From Gemmatimonadota bacterium (GTDB lineage: Bacteria; Gemmatimonadota; Gemmatimonadetes; Palauibacterales; Palauibacteraceae), in NCBI GenBank assembly GCA_039588275.1, contig JBDHAC010000006.1, forward strand, positions 32,001 to 96,000: DNA of 64,000 bases, in the 5' to 3' direction. Below are positions 38,397-47,548 of this stretch, one piece after another. A program made the position numbers and the translations under genes. Within the stretch, counting starts at the first letter, position 1. Each line of letters begins with the position of its first letter. A model generated the notes under the pieces. It made no database searches. It was not told where the DNA came from and was given only the letters and a program-made list of their open reading frames with translations.

Positions 38397-40240
38397 TGCA
38401 GCGGCGACTTCTTCTGGCGGTCGCGCTCATGATCGCCGTGATGGTGTTGAGCAACGTGCTGTTCCCTCCGGTGCGCCCACCACCTGCGGCCCCCGGCGAC
38501 AGCGCACGTGTGGAGTCGGGGCCGGCCGCGCCGGAGACGCAGCCGCCCCGGGGGCAAATCGCCCGGCCGGAAGCGATCGATACCACCGCGGATACCACCC
38601 TTGCAGCGGTGCCCGTCGAGGTGCCCGTCGAGGTGACCGCCGCCGCACCCGCGGCCGAGAGCCCGGAGTCGCCCTCGAGCGACACGATCGTCGTTCGCTC
38701 GGACCTGTACGAATACCGGTTCGATACGAGGGGCGCCGAGCTGGTGAGTGCCCGGATGCGCAGCTACCGGAACTACGGTCCTGGTGCGGGCGAAGAGGAG
38801 TTGGTGGAGCTGATCCGCGAGGGCGACGCGATGTTCGGATATCGGCTCGCTGTCGGGGGTGACACGGTCGATCTTCGCGACACCGCCTTCGAGCCCAACG
38901 TTCCGGTTTCGGTGCTCGACATCCATTCGGGCGACGAGGAGCTGGTGTTCACGGGGCGGCTGGGCAACACGGCTCTCACCCTCGAGGTCACGTACCGGTT
39001 CGACCCCGACTCCTACCTGGTGACGGCGGAGGGCCGCTTCGGAGGCATCGGAGATGTCGGGCATACCGTACTGACCTCGCTCGGGCGTGGACTGAGGAGC
39101 AACGAGGCAAACCCGCGCGAGGACGCGGCGCAGAAGGCGCTCGTCTCGCGAGATCGACGCGGCAGAATCTCCTCCGAGCGCCTCGGCGGCGTAGCGGAGA
39201 ACGACGTGCGTGCGATCGAGGGCGGACCGTTCAGCTGGGTCGCGTCCAAGTCGAAGTACTTCCTGGCCGCGCTGGTGTCCGAGGAAGCGGGTCCCGGTTT
39301 CGGCGGGTTGCTACTCCGCGGCACGCCGGAGCCCGATGCCGCGCACATGGAAGCCTCGCTTCCGGTGCCGGCCGGCGCGCCCGGGTTCCGCATTCAGGCG
39401 TTCATAGGGCCGCAGGACTTCGGGATGCTGAGCGAGGTCGGGCAGAACCTCCAGAACGTGAACCCGTTCGGGTGGCGCTGGCTCCAGTGGGCGATCAGGC
39501 CCCTGGCCGGCGTGATCGTCGCCGTCATGGTGTGGATGCACAACACGTTCAGCATGGCCTATGGCTGGGTGCTGGTCGTGTTCGGCGTGCTCACCCGCAT
39601 CCTGTTCTTTCCGCTATATCAGAAGTCGATGCGGGCCCAAATGAAGCAGATGCAGGTGCAGCCGCTCCTCAAGGAGATCCAGGAGAAGTACAAGGACGAG
39701 CCCCAGAAGCTTCAGCAGGAGATGATGAAGCTGTACAGGGAGCACGGGATCAACCCCGCCGCCGGGTGCCTGCCGATGCTGGCACCGTTCCCGATCCTCA
39801 TCACCCTGTTCTTCGTCTTCCAGAACACGATCGAGTTCCGGGGTGTCCCGTTCCTGTGGCTGCCGGACCTGTCACTCAAGGACCCGCTCTACATCGTTCC
39901 GTTGTTCATGGGCGGCTCGATGCTGTTCCTGAACTGGATCGGCCAACGCGGCATGGAGAGCAACGCGCAGATGAAGGTGATGACGTACGTGATCCCGGTC
40001 GTCTTCACCTTCCTGTTCGCGAACTTCGCGGCCGGCCTGAACCTGTACTACGCCACGAGCAACGTCGCATCGCTCCCCCAGCAGCTGTATCTGTCGAAGG
40101 AGCGGCGCCAAATGCGGGCCAGGGCCGCGACCAAGCCGGCGGCGTCGGATGCGCTCGGCAAGCGCGGTGCGGAGTCGCCGAAGCGCGCCGCCCGGGGGCA
40201 CCCGAAGGGCGGCCGCCCGAAGAAACGCAAACGCGGCTAA
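38396..40240 (+). CDS. yidC: Membrane protein insertase YidC
   Basis: GINPAAGCLP, FLWLPDLS..DP and AGLNLYY. Confidence 0.97.
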   Translation: MQRRLLLAVALMIAVMVLSNVLFPPVRPPPAAPGDSARVESGPAAPETQPPRGQIARPEAIDTTADTTLAAVPVEVPVEVTAAAPAAESPESPSSDTIVVRSDLYEYRFDTRGAELVSARMRSYRNYGPGAGEEELVELIREGDAMFGYRLAVGGDTVDLRDTAFEPNVPVSVLDIHSGDEELVFTGRLGNTALTLEVTYRFDPDSYLVTAEGRFGGIGDVGHTVLTSLGRGLRSNEANPREDAAQKALVSRDRRGRISSERLGGVAENDVRAIEGGPFSWVASKSKYFLAALVSEEAGPGFGGLLLRGTPEPDAAHMEASLPVPAGAPGFRIQAFIGPQDFGMLSEVGQNLQNVNPFGWRWLQWAIRPLAGVIVAVMVWMHNTFSMAYGWVLVVFGVLTRILFFPLYQKSMRAQMKQMQVQPLLKEIQEKYKDEPQKLQQEMMKLYREHGINPAAGCLPMLAPFPILITLFFVFQNTIEFRGVPFLWLPDLSLKDPLYIVPLFMGGSMLFLNWIGQRGMESNAQMKVMTYVIPVVFTFLFANFAAGLNLYYATSNVASLPQQLYLSKERRQMRARAATKPAASDALGKRGAESPKRAARGHPKGGRPKKRKRG

Positions 40241-40314
40241 CGGGTTTCGGGCGCCGCGAGCGGCTCGCTGCTCGACGGCGGCTCGGCGCTACGCCGGAGC
40301 GCGGGGCGGATCGG

Positions 40315-41178
40315 TCACCGCCGAAAGGAGAACCCGAAGCCGATCAACGTCTCGGTCTCTCGGAGGAACTGCTCCGCGCGTGACGGCCCCGTCCCCAACA
40401 TGACGCCGAGGCGGGAATGCTCGCCGAAGGCGGCCCCGGCCTCCGCAGACACCATGGGCTCCCAATCCTGTTCCGCCCACCCTGCCGCCTCCGCAGACAG
40501 GTAGAGACGGGTCCGCGATCGCGACCTCGACGTCAGCTCGACCCCGACCCGTGCGGAGGGACGCCTGACCGGATCCGAGCTGCGGACGACGACTCCGCCG
40601 CCCCCGTACACGAGCAGCCATGGGAGCGGCGCCGTTTGCAGGAGGAGCTCCAGAGCTTCGCGACTCACATCGAGGGGCTCACGCCCGCTGCTGAGCAGGA
40701 ACTCATCTCCCAGGTGCGAGCTGGAGTGATAGAACTCCGCCCGCGCCGCCACACCTCGGTAGCGAGCCCGGAGCTGAAAGCCCACGCGATAGTGGATCTC
40801 GATGAACTCGTTGTCGGTGCTCTCCAGGTCGAAGCGCGAGAAGGCACCGGCCGCGAGGGCCCCGGCCAGCTCCAGGTCGTCGCGCGGGCGCCGGCGGATC
40901 CAGAAGGACAGGCGATCGCCCAGATCGGTCAGGGCCACCCAGCGCGCGCGCGAGGCACGCGAGACGTGAGTCACGGCCAGGCGGTGCACGGGTTCCAGAG
41001 GTGAGGAAGCGAGCGACCTGAACGGGTACCCACCCGGGTCCCGCAGGGGAGCGTCCGCGAGCTCGGCGGGTGCCTCCGGCTCCGGCGGCTCCGCAGGCTC
41101 TGCGACCTGTCCGAGAGCCGCCACCGGAGCCAGGAAGACCAAAGTCGTGGCCGTGTACAGCGCATGTCCGCTTCGCAT
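40315..41178 (-). CDS. DUF1207-like outer-membrane protein
   Basis: Signal peptide, YHSSSHLGDEF motif, amphipathic beta strands and aromatic C-terminus. Confidence 0.7.
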   Translation of the reverse strand: MRSGHALYTATTLVFLAPVAALGQVAEPAEPPEPEAPAELADAPLRDPGGYPFRSLASSPLEPVHRLAVTHVSRASRARWVALTDLGDRLSFWIRRRPRDDLELAGALAAGAFSRFDLESTDNEFIEIHYRVGFQLRARYRGVAARAEFYHSSSHLGDEFLLSSGREPLDVSREALELLLQTAPLPWLLVYGGGGVVVRSSDPVRRPSARVGVELTSRSRSRTRLYLSAEAAGWAEQDWEPMVSAEAGAAFGEHSRLGVMLGTGPSRAEQFLRETETLIGFGFSFRR

Positions 41179-41232
41179 GGAGCACCGATAATACGCGGGC
41201 CGCGCGTGGATCGCCCCTGTATGTTTACCGCC

Positions 41233-42639
41233 ATGCAAGACACCATCGCCGCGATCTCGACCGCTCCAGGTCGCTCAGGGCTCGCGCTTGTCCGCGCGAG
41301 CGGCCCCGCGGTGCCGGCCGTCGCCGCCGCGGTGGGCCTCGCGGATCTGGAGCCGCGAAGCGCGACGTACCGCCAACTGACGCACCCCGAAGACGGGCGC
41401 CCCCTCGATCGCGTTCTTGCCACGAGGTTCGTCGCGCCCGCTTCGTACACGGGCGAAGATGTGCTGGAGGTCGGGTGTCATGGGGGCGCCCTCGTCCCGG
41501 CTCTGGTGCTGGATGCGCTCTGCGCGGCGGGGGCGCGCGTAGCGGAGCCCGGCGAGTTCGCGCGCCGCGCCTACCTGAACGGAAAGCTCGACCTCGTCCA
41601 GGTGGAGGCCACGCTCGACCTCATCGATGCCCGAAGCGATGCTCACCACCGCGCGGCGTTGTTTCAGCTGGACGGCGCGCTGTCACGGCGAGTGGACCGG
41701 CTGCGCGAGGAGCTGTTGCGGTTGCAGGCGATGCTCGCCTACGACATCGACTTCCCCGAGGAGGATGATGGACCTGTTCCGAGGGACCGAATCAAGACGG
41801 CCGGCAGGCGTCTGCGCCGCGCGCTGGATGAGCTGCTCGAGAACGCTCCCGAGGGAGAGCTGCTGCGAGACGGTGCACTTACGGTCATTGCGGGACGGCC
41901 CAATGTTGGTAAGTCAAGTGTTTTCAACGCGTTACTGGGTCGGCAGCGGGCAATCGTCACGGAGATTCCGGGAACGACCCGGGACGCGATCGAGGCCCTG
42001 ATCTCGGTGCGCGGGTACCCCTTCCGCTTGGTGGACACGGCGGGCATGCGGGCGGAGGCGGGGCGCGTGGAAGAGATGGGGATAGAGGTGGCTCAGCGGT
42101 ACGTGGAGGAAGCGCCGCTGTTGCTCCTGTGCGCCGAGGCGGGGCGCGAGCTCTCCGAGGAGGAGCTATCGATGGCGGCGGCGACCGCGGAGAAAGGGCA
42201 GCGTCTCGTCGTGGTCCGCACGAAGGCGGACCTGCTTTCGCCGCCGGGCGAGGAAGACCGACAGGTACCGGATCCGAACCGACAGGTACCGGATCCGAGC
42301 AGACCGTCGCGACTCGCGGATACCCCGGAGGTCGTCCTCTCGACCGTCACGGGGACGGGTCTGGACGCTCTGCAGGCGGCGATGGTGGAGGCGGTGTTCG
42401 CCGGGCTGAGGGACGCGGGAGAGCCTCCGCTCGTGACGCGAGGTCGACAGATCCGAGCGCTCCGCCGGGCGCGAGACGAGGCGGGAGCTTTCGCCGAGTG
42501 CATGGCGAGAGACCTGCCGCCCGAAGTTGCCGCGACGCATCTGCAGGAGGCGACACTCGCTCTGGAGGAGTTGCTGGGTGTGGTCGAGGTCGAGGAGGTC
42601 CTCGAGGTGCTGTTCTCCTCCTTCTGTGTAGGTAAGTAG
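41233..42639 (+). CDS. mnmE: tRNA modification GTPase MnmE
   Basis: DTIAAIST, SYTGED, GRPNVGKS, GTTRD, DTAG and FCVGK. Confidence 0.97.
   Translation: MQDTIAAISTAPGRSGLALVRASGPAVPAVAAAVGLADLEPRSATYRQLTHPEDGRPLDRVLATRFVAPASYTGEDVLEVGCHGGALVPALVLDALCAAGARVAEPGEFARRAYLNGKLDLVQVEATLDLIDARSDAHHRAALFQLDGALSRRVDRLREELLRLQAMLAYDIDFPEEDDGPVPRDRIKTAGRRLRRALDELLENAPEGELLRDGALTVIAGRPNVGKSSVFNALLGRQRAIVTEIPGTTRDAIEALISVRGYPFRLVDTAGMRAEAGRVEEMGIEVAQRYVEEAPLLLLCAEAGRELSEEELSMAAATAEKGQRLVVVRTKADLLSPPGEEDRQVPDPNRQVPDPSRPSRLADTPEVVLSTVTGTGLDALQAAMVEAVFAGLRDAGEPPLVTRGRQIRALRRARDEAGAFAECMARDLPPEVAATHLQEATLALEELLGVVEVEEVLEVLFSSFCVGK
42257..42298 (+). repeat. 21-bp tandem duplication inside mnmE
   Basis: ACCGACAGGTACCGGATCCGA x2, encoding RQVPDP(N/S). 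Confidence 0.9.
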
Positions 42640-42703
42640 CGGACCCGCATCGCGACCCGCGTCAGAAGGTGGCGGGATAAGACATGCACGAGGGCAAACG
42701 TGA

Positions 42704-42730
42704 AGGGCCCGCCCTCGGTGGGCGGGCCCT
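42704..42730. terminator. Hairpin between convergent mnmE and fpg-like genes
   Basis: 11-bp stem AGGGCCCGCCC/GGGCGGGCCCT. Confidence 0.55.
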
Positions 42731-42788
42731 CGGAAGGTGAAATGGCGAGCAGGAGCCGTCTAGGTATGCCGGCCGACGGACGCCCTGT

Positions 42789-43586
42789 CTACGCCGCCCG
42801 CTGGCAACGGGGGCAGATGTAGGTCTTCCGCCCGAGCACCTTGAGCGACTCGAGCTCGTGGCGGCATCTGGGACAGGCACTCCCCGAGCTGCGGTAGTTG
42901 ATCAGCCAGCCGGGATCCGCGTGGGCCGCCTCCCAGTGCAGCGTCGCTCGACGCAGCACCCTCTTCAGATACCGGTGCACCCGGTGGAGCTGCTCGGGGC
43001 TGATGTTCCCGACGCGCCCATCGGGGCGGAAGCCGGACTGGAAGCAAATCTCGTCCGCGTAGTCGTTGCCGATGCCCGCGATGATCTCCTGGTTCATGAG
43101 GAACCCCTTCAGAGACGCCCGGGGGTGGGCGGCGGCGAGGTCCACGAATCGTTCCGGCGTGAGGTCCTCGCTGAGCGGATCGATCCCGAGGTTCTCGAGG
43201 TTGCCGAGTCCCGAGAAATCGTCACGCTCGACGATGTGCACGATGCCGCGTACGCCGGAGGAGCTGAATCGCAGCTCCCGGCCGGCGGCGAATTGCAGGC
43301 GGATCCTGGTTCGCTCCGTCGCTGGCGCGGTCTGGGATTCGAGGCGGAGCGCGCCGTCCTCTCCCATGTCGAAGACGAGGCTGTGCTCCGATCGAAAACG
43401 GAGAACGACATACCTGCCGTGCCGCTCGACGGACTCGATGACGTGGCTCTCGAGCACCTCCTCGGCAAGGTCGATCGGAATGTCTACGAGATCCGGGTCG
43501 TCGATGATGACTGTGGAGATCGTCTTCCCGGTCGTGTAACCGGCAAAGCTGTCGATCATCCGCTCGACATCGGGAAGTTCTATCAT
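42789..43586 (-). CDS. Fpg/Nei family DNA glycosylase homolog with atypical N-terminus
   Basis: MIELPDVE, LGIDPL, H2TH motif IAGIGNDYADEI and zinc finger CPRC...CPRCQ. Confidence 0.88.
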   Translation of the reverse strand: MIELPDVERMIDSFAGYTTGKTISTVIIDDPDLVDIPIDLAEEVLESHVIESVERHGRYVVLRFRSEHSLVFDMGEDGALRLESQTAPATERTRIRLQFAAGRELRFSSSGVRGIVHIVERDDFSGLGNLENLGIDPLSEDLTPERFVDLAAAHPRASLKGFLMNQEIIAGIGNDYADEICFQSGFRPDGRVGNISPEQLHRVHRYLKRVLRRATLHWEAAHADPGWLINYRSSGSACPRCRHELESLKVLGRKTYICPRCQRAA

Positions 43587-43745
43587 ACGCGTCGCTCCGG
43601 GATCGAGGCTCGCGGCAAGGGTACACCGATAGTTCTGAAAAGGATCCTTCTTCGGAACGCTCGGAGATCGGGGAAGGTTCCGGGCACAGCGGAGCGTGCG
43701 GCTGCGGAGCTCAGCCGGGGGCGCGGGCGCGGACGGCGTTGTAAG

Positions 43746-44015
43746 TTATTGTAGTATATTAAATTCCGTGGATTCGTCAGACTCTGCCGGGATCTCGGTC
43801 AAGGCGTCGACGCGCGCGGTCCGCGGTCCCCGCCCGAGTCGGGCGTACAATTCCGAAACAGCGTCGGGGTCACCCCGGACGTGCACCTCGACGGCTCCAT
43901 CCGGCCGGTTCCGGACGCTTCCGGCCAGGCCCAGCGTCCGCGCCTGCCGAGCGGTCCACCAACGGAATCCCACGCCCTGAACGCGCCCCCGCACCAGAAA
44001 TCCTTTGCTCGTCAC
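43746..44015 (-). CDS. acyP: Acylphosphatase
   Basis: GRVQGVGFR and GSVRNRPDGAVE; GTG start at 44015. Confidence 0.92.
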   Translation of the reverse strand: MTSKGFLVRGRVQGVGFRWWTARQARTLGLAGSVRNRPDGAVEVHVRGDPDAVSELYARLGRGPRTARVDALTEIPAESDESTEFNILQ

Positions 44016-44090
44016 GGCCGTAAGATCCCGAGCCTGCCTGAATCCGGCAAGCTGGCCCGATACCACCCCCGGTGGGTATTCTTGGGCGCC

Positions 44091-45995
44091 ATGAAATACG
44101 ATGTGATCGTGATCGGTGGCGGCCATGCGGGTTGCGAAGCGGCGAACGCCGCGGCGCGGCTCGGGGCGCGAACTGTTCTCGTGACCTCCTTCCTTGCCCG
44201 GGTCGGGCAGATGTCCTGTAACCCCGCCGTCGGCGGGATCGCGAAGGGCACGGTGGCACGGGAGGTAGACGCGTTGGGCGGCGTGATGGGGAGGGCGACC
44301 GATCGGTCGATGTTGCATTTCCGGATGCTCAACCGCTCCAAGGGCCCCGCGGTGTGGGCCCCGCGCGCACAGTGCGATCGCGGCCTGTACCCACGGGCGG
44401 TCCGATCCCTGCTGGAGCAGAGCCCACGACTCGACCTTTACCAGGGGACGGTGGAGAGTCTGATCGTCGAGGGCGGGAGGGTCACAGGCGTCTGGTGCCG
44501 CGATGGATCCCGCATGGCCGCGACCCGAGTGGTGTTGACGGCCGGAACCTTCCTGCGCGGGGCCATCCGTATCGGCGTGGACCGCGCGATCGAGGCGGGC
44601 CGGGCCGGAGACGCCCCCGTCGTCGAGTTGGCGGAGCAGCTGCTCGGACTGGGGCTGGAGGCGGATCGGTTCAAGACCGGGACACCGCCGCGGGTTGACG
44701 GCCGGACGGTGGATTTCTCGCGGCTGGAGCGCCAGGACAGCGACATTGAGGGTGGGCGGTTTTCGCACTGGGAGCGCTCTGAAGGACTGGAGCGCCGGGC
44801 ATGCTGGTTGGTCAAGGCGGGATCGGAGGTTCAGGAGATCGTCGCCGAGAACCTGGGTCGCTCGGCGTTGTACGGCGGCGCGGTCGCGTCGCGGGGCCCC
44901 CGCTACTGCCCGTCGATCGAAGACAAAGTCGTGAAGTTCCCGGAGGCCCCGTCGCACCAGGTGTTTCTCGAGCCTGAAGGGCTGGAGACGGACGAGCTGT
45001 ACGTCAACGGACTCTCGACGTCTCTTCCACCGGATGTGCAGCGCGCGTTCCTGGCAAAGGTCCCCGGCCTCGAGAACGCGCGCATGACGCAGCCGGGGTA
45101 CGCGATAGAGTACGACTACTTTCCGCCGCAGCAACTCCGACCGACGCTCGAGCTGAAGCCGCTTCCCGGTCTTTACCTGGCGGGACAGATCAACGGCACC
45201 ACGGGGTACGAGGAGGCAGCGGGTCAGGGCGTCGTCGCCGGAATCAACGCCGCCCTCGCCGCGCTCGAACGCGAACCGTGGATCCCTAAGCGGGACGAAG
45301 CGTTCCTGGGCGTGCTGGTGGACGACCTGATCACCCGGGGCGTCGATGAACCGTACCGATTGTTCACCTCCCGAGCGGAGTTTCGTCTACTGCTACGTCA
45401 GGACAACTGTCTTCCGCGGCTGGGGCCCACCGCGGAGCGCCTGGGGTTGCTGCGCGACGATGAGCGAGCGGTCCTCGAGCGCCGATTGGAGGAGCGGGAG
45501 CGAATCGGATCCTGGGCGAGCGCGGCGCGAGTGAATCCGGGGGAGGTGAACGATTTCCTGGAGTCCGTTGGGAGCTCGCCCCTGAAGCAGACCGGGCCGC
45601 TTCGACAGCTCGTGCTTCGCCCGGAAGTCCGGCTCATGGACCTGCTCGGTCCCGGTAAACCGTTGGGGGATCAGGGGTTCGACCGCGATGCCCTCGCGTC
45701 GGTCGAGATGGACCTCAAATACGCCGGCTACATCGAGCGAGACCGACTGCGCGCGCAGGCACTGTCCAGGCGTGAGGAGGTCGCGATTCCTGCCGATCTC
45801 CCGTTCATGAAGCTCGCGTCGCTCTCATACGAAGCCCGCCAGAAGCTCGACCGCGTGCGCCCGGGCACGATCGGCCAGGCGGGACGCATCCCCGGCGTCT
45901 CTCCGGCGGATCTGCAAAATCTCCTCGTGGAGATCCACAAGCGCGCCGCTGCGGGGGAGACCGCTGCGAGCCCCCTCGCGGCTGACCTGGCCTAG
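44091..45995 (+). CDS. mnmG: tRNA uridine-5-carboxymethylaminomethyl modification enzyme MnmG (GidA)
   Basis: GGGHAG, MSCNPAVGG, GPRYCPSIEDK and AGQINGTTGYEEAAGQG. Confidence 0.98.
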   Translation: MKYDVIVIGGGHAGCEAANAAARLGARTVLVTSFLARVGQMSCNPAVGGIAKGTVAREVDALGGVMGRATDRSMLHFRMLNRSKGPAVWAPRAQCDRGLYPRAVRSLLEQSPRLDLYQGTVESLIVEGGRVTGVWCRDGSRMAATRVVLTAGTFLRGAIRIGVDRAIEAGRAGDAPVVELAEQLLGLGLEADRFKTGTPPRVDGRTVDFSRLERQDSDIEGGRFSHWERSEGLERRACWLVKAGSEVQEIVAENLGRSALYGGAVASRGPRYCPSIEDKVVKFPEAPSHQVFLEPEGLETDELYVNGLSTSLPPDVQRAFLAKVPGLENARMTQPGYAIEYDYFPPQQLRPTLELKPLPGLYLAGQINGTTGYEEAAGQGVVAGINAALAALEREPWIPKRDEAFLGVLVDDLITRGVDEPYRLFTSRAEFRLLLRQDNCLPRLGPTAERLGLLRDDERAVLERRLEERERIGSWASAARVNPGEVNDFLESVGSSPLKQTGPLRQLVLRPEVRLMDLLGPGKPLGDQGFDRDALASVEMDLKYAGYIERDRLRAQALSRREEVAIPADLPFMKLASLSYEARQKLDRVRPGTIGQAGRIPGVSPADLQNLLVEIHKRAAAGETAASPLAADLA

Positions 45996-46714
45996 GCGGC
46001 GAACACCGAACGGATGCGGCGCTGGACGTCGCGTGCGGCGGCCGCAGGGTCCGGTGCGTTCCGTATGGGGCGCCCGACGACGATATAATCGGCTCCGGCT
46101 TCGAACGCCTCCTCTACATCTACGGTTCGTTTCTGGTCGTCCGCGCGGTTGAGTCCCGGGCGAATGCCCGGAACCACGATCAATAGCGCGTCCCCCAGGG
46201 CCTCCCGCAGGAGCGCCGCCTCGCGCCCGGACGCGATGACTCCGGCACACCCCAGCGCGGCCGCGCGCTGCGCGCGCGAGACGACCAGCGAGGGGATGTC
46301 GGTCTGGAAGCCGAGCGCCTTCATGTCAGCCTCATCCAGGCTCGTGAGTGCCGTTACGGCCAGGATCCCCACGTCATGTCCCGCGGCCTGGCACGCCGCA
46401 TCGAGGATCGCATCGTTGCCGTGCACGGTTACGAAGGAAATCCCCCTGCCCTTCAGCTGGCGCACGGCCGAGGCGACGGTCTGCGGGACGTCGAACAGCT
46501 TGAGGTCGGCGAACACCCTCTTCTCGTGGCGCTGCAACCACTCGGAGAGCTCGAAATAGCCGCCGCTCAGGAAGAGCTCGAGCCCGATCTTGTAGAACAC
46601 GACCTCGTCCCCCAGCGCTTCGACGAGATCGCGAGCCTCTGACGGATCTGCCACGTCAAGCGCGAGGATCAGACGCTCTCGCGCCGCGATTTCACCTGTC
46701 CGTGGTGTCTGCAT
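45992..46714 (-). CDS. pyrF: Orotidine-5'-phosphate decarboxylase
   Basis: LILALD, FADLKLFDVPQT, VPGIRP, DDQKR and VVGRPI. Confidence 0.95.
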   Translation of the reverse strand: MQTPRTGEIAARERLILALDVADPSEARDLVEALGDEVVFYKIGLELFLSGGYFELSEWLQRHEKRVFADLKLFDVPQTVASAVRQLKGRGISFVTVHGNDAILDAACQAAGHDVGILAVTALTSLDEADMKALGFQTDIPSLVVSRAQRAAALGCAGVIASGREAALLREALGDALLIVVPGIRPGLNRADDQKRTVDVEEAFEAGADYIVVGRPIRNAPDPAAAARDVQRRIRSVFAA

Positions 46715-47096
46715 CCTCCCCCTCCGGTGGAGTCGTGCGCTCATGCCCCGCCGTGTCGCCCAGCGCATAGCGCTGTTTCATCTCGATGAAGCGCCGGTAG
46801 CTCTTGGCGTCCAGCTCAACGGTCAGGTGTCGGTCGAGGATCGGCAGGAGCGTTTCTCGCAGGTACGGGCCGCGCGCCATCCATTGAAAGTAGTGGCGCC
46901 CGCCGTGATCATACGGTCCGTATAGGCGCCCGCCCGGAAACGTCTTCTCGATCCAACGAAAGAGCGCCTCGTGATCGGTGTGCATGCGGAGCGTAACCTG
47001 TGGCTGGCGGCCGTCTCCCCCAAAATGGCCCTCGCCCACGAGGACACCGAGCAGGAATCCGATGTCGAACGCTTCGTCGTCGTGTTTCACCGTCAT
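46692..47096 (-). CDS. Stand-alone single-motif LAGLIDADG-fold protein
   Basis: N-terminal helix GFLLGVLVGEGHF matches LAGLIDADG-type xLAGxxDGEGxF; then the strand/helix pattern QVTLRM, LFRWIEKTFPGG, YFQW; 134 aa; no intron or intein host. Confidence 0.72.
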   Translation of the reverse strand: MTVKHDDEAFDIGFLLGVLVGEGHFGGDGRQPQVTLRMHTDHEALFRWIEKTFPGGRLYGPYDHGGRHYFQWMARGPYLRETLLPILDRHLTVELDAKSYRRFIEMKQRYALGDTAGHERTTPPEGEDADTTDR

Positions 47097-47184
47097 GTTT
47101 CCCGTGAAACGCCAGTGTCTCTCCTCCAGCCCTTTCCCGTGCCCGCGGCGCCGGTTGTTTCACCGTCATGTTTCCCGTGAAACA
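47083..47184. repeat. parS: Two 28-bp direct repeats, each containing a parS site
   Basis: TGTTTCACCGTCATGTTTCCCGTGAAAC at 47083-47110 and 47156-47183; parS-like TGTTTCCCGTGAAAC(G/A) at 47096-47111 and 47169-47184 (consensus TGTTTCACGTGAAACA). Confidence 0.88.
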
Positions 47185-47548
47185 CTCTCGCGTCAAGGGG
47201 GCGGGGGCCCTCCGGCTCGCGTCATCGCGGGTGAGTTTCTGGTGGCGTCCGTGCGGGCCCGAACGGACCTCGAATCGCCGCCTTCCGGCGCCTTTGGGGG
47301 CACGTAAAGCGCCCGGATCCCCGCGAGTGGTCGCCCGATGTACGCGCGCACCTTATATTCGGCCGCAGCCCGGGCGGTCATCCGCTCTCGCGAACATTCC
47401 GGGCACCGGGGTCTGTCAACGTAAGTGCTTCATGTATAACAGTTTACGTTGTTTCGAGTCACTCTGTCGTTAGGGCGCCGCGTCACTCGGGCCGGGCGGG
47501 CCGGTGGCACGAGGGTCGGATACCGGTAGATCGATGAGTCGAGGGGGG

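Noticed and set aside
44016..45134. 462-aa acylphosphatase ORF
   Set aside because: The extension is antisense to mnmG; only the last 89 aa are AcyP.
47083..47184. Mini-CRISPR (28-bp repeats, 45-bp spacer)
   Set aside because: Only two repeats, no cas genes, and the repeats contain parS next to parAB.
46600..47300. Group I intron or intein around the LAGLIDADG ORF
   Set aside because: No interrupted host gene, pyrF is intact, and there are no intein splice residues or recognisable intron core.
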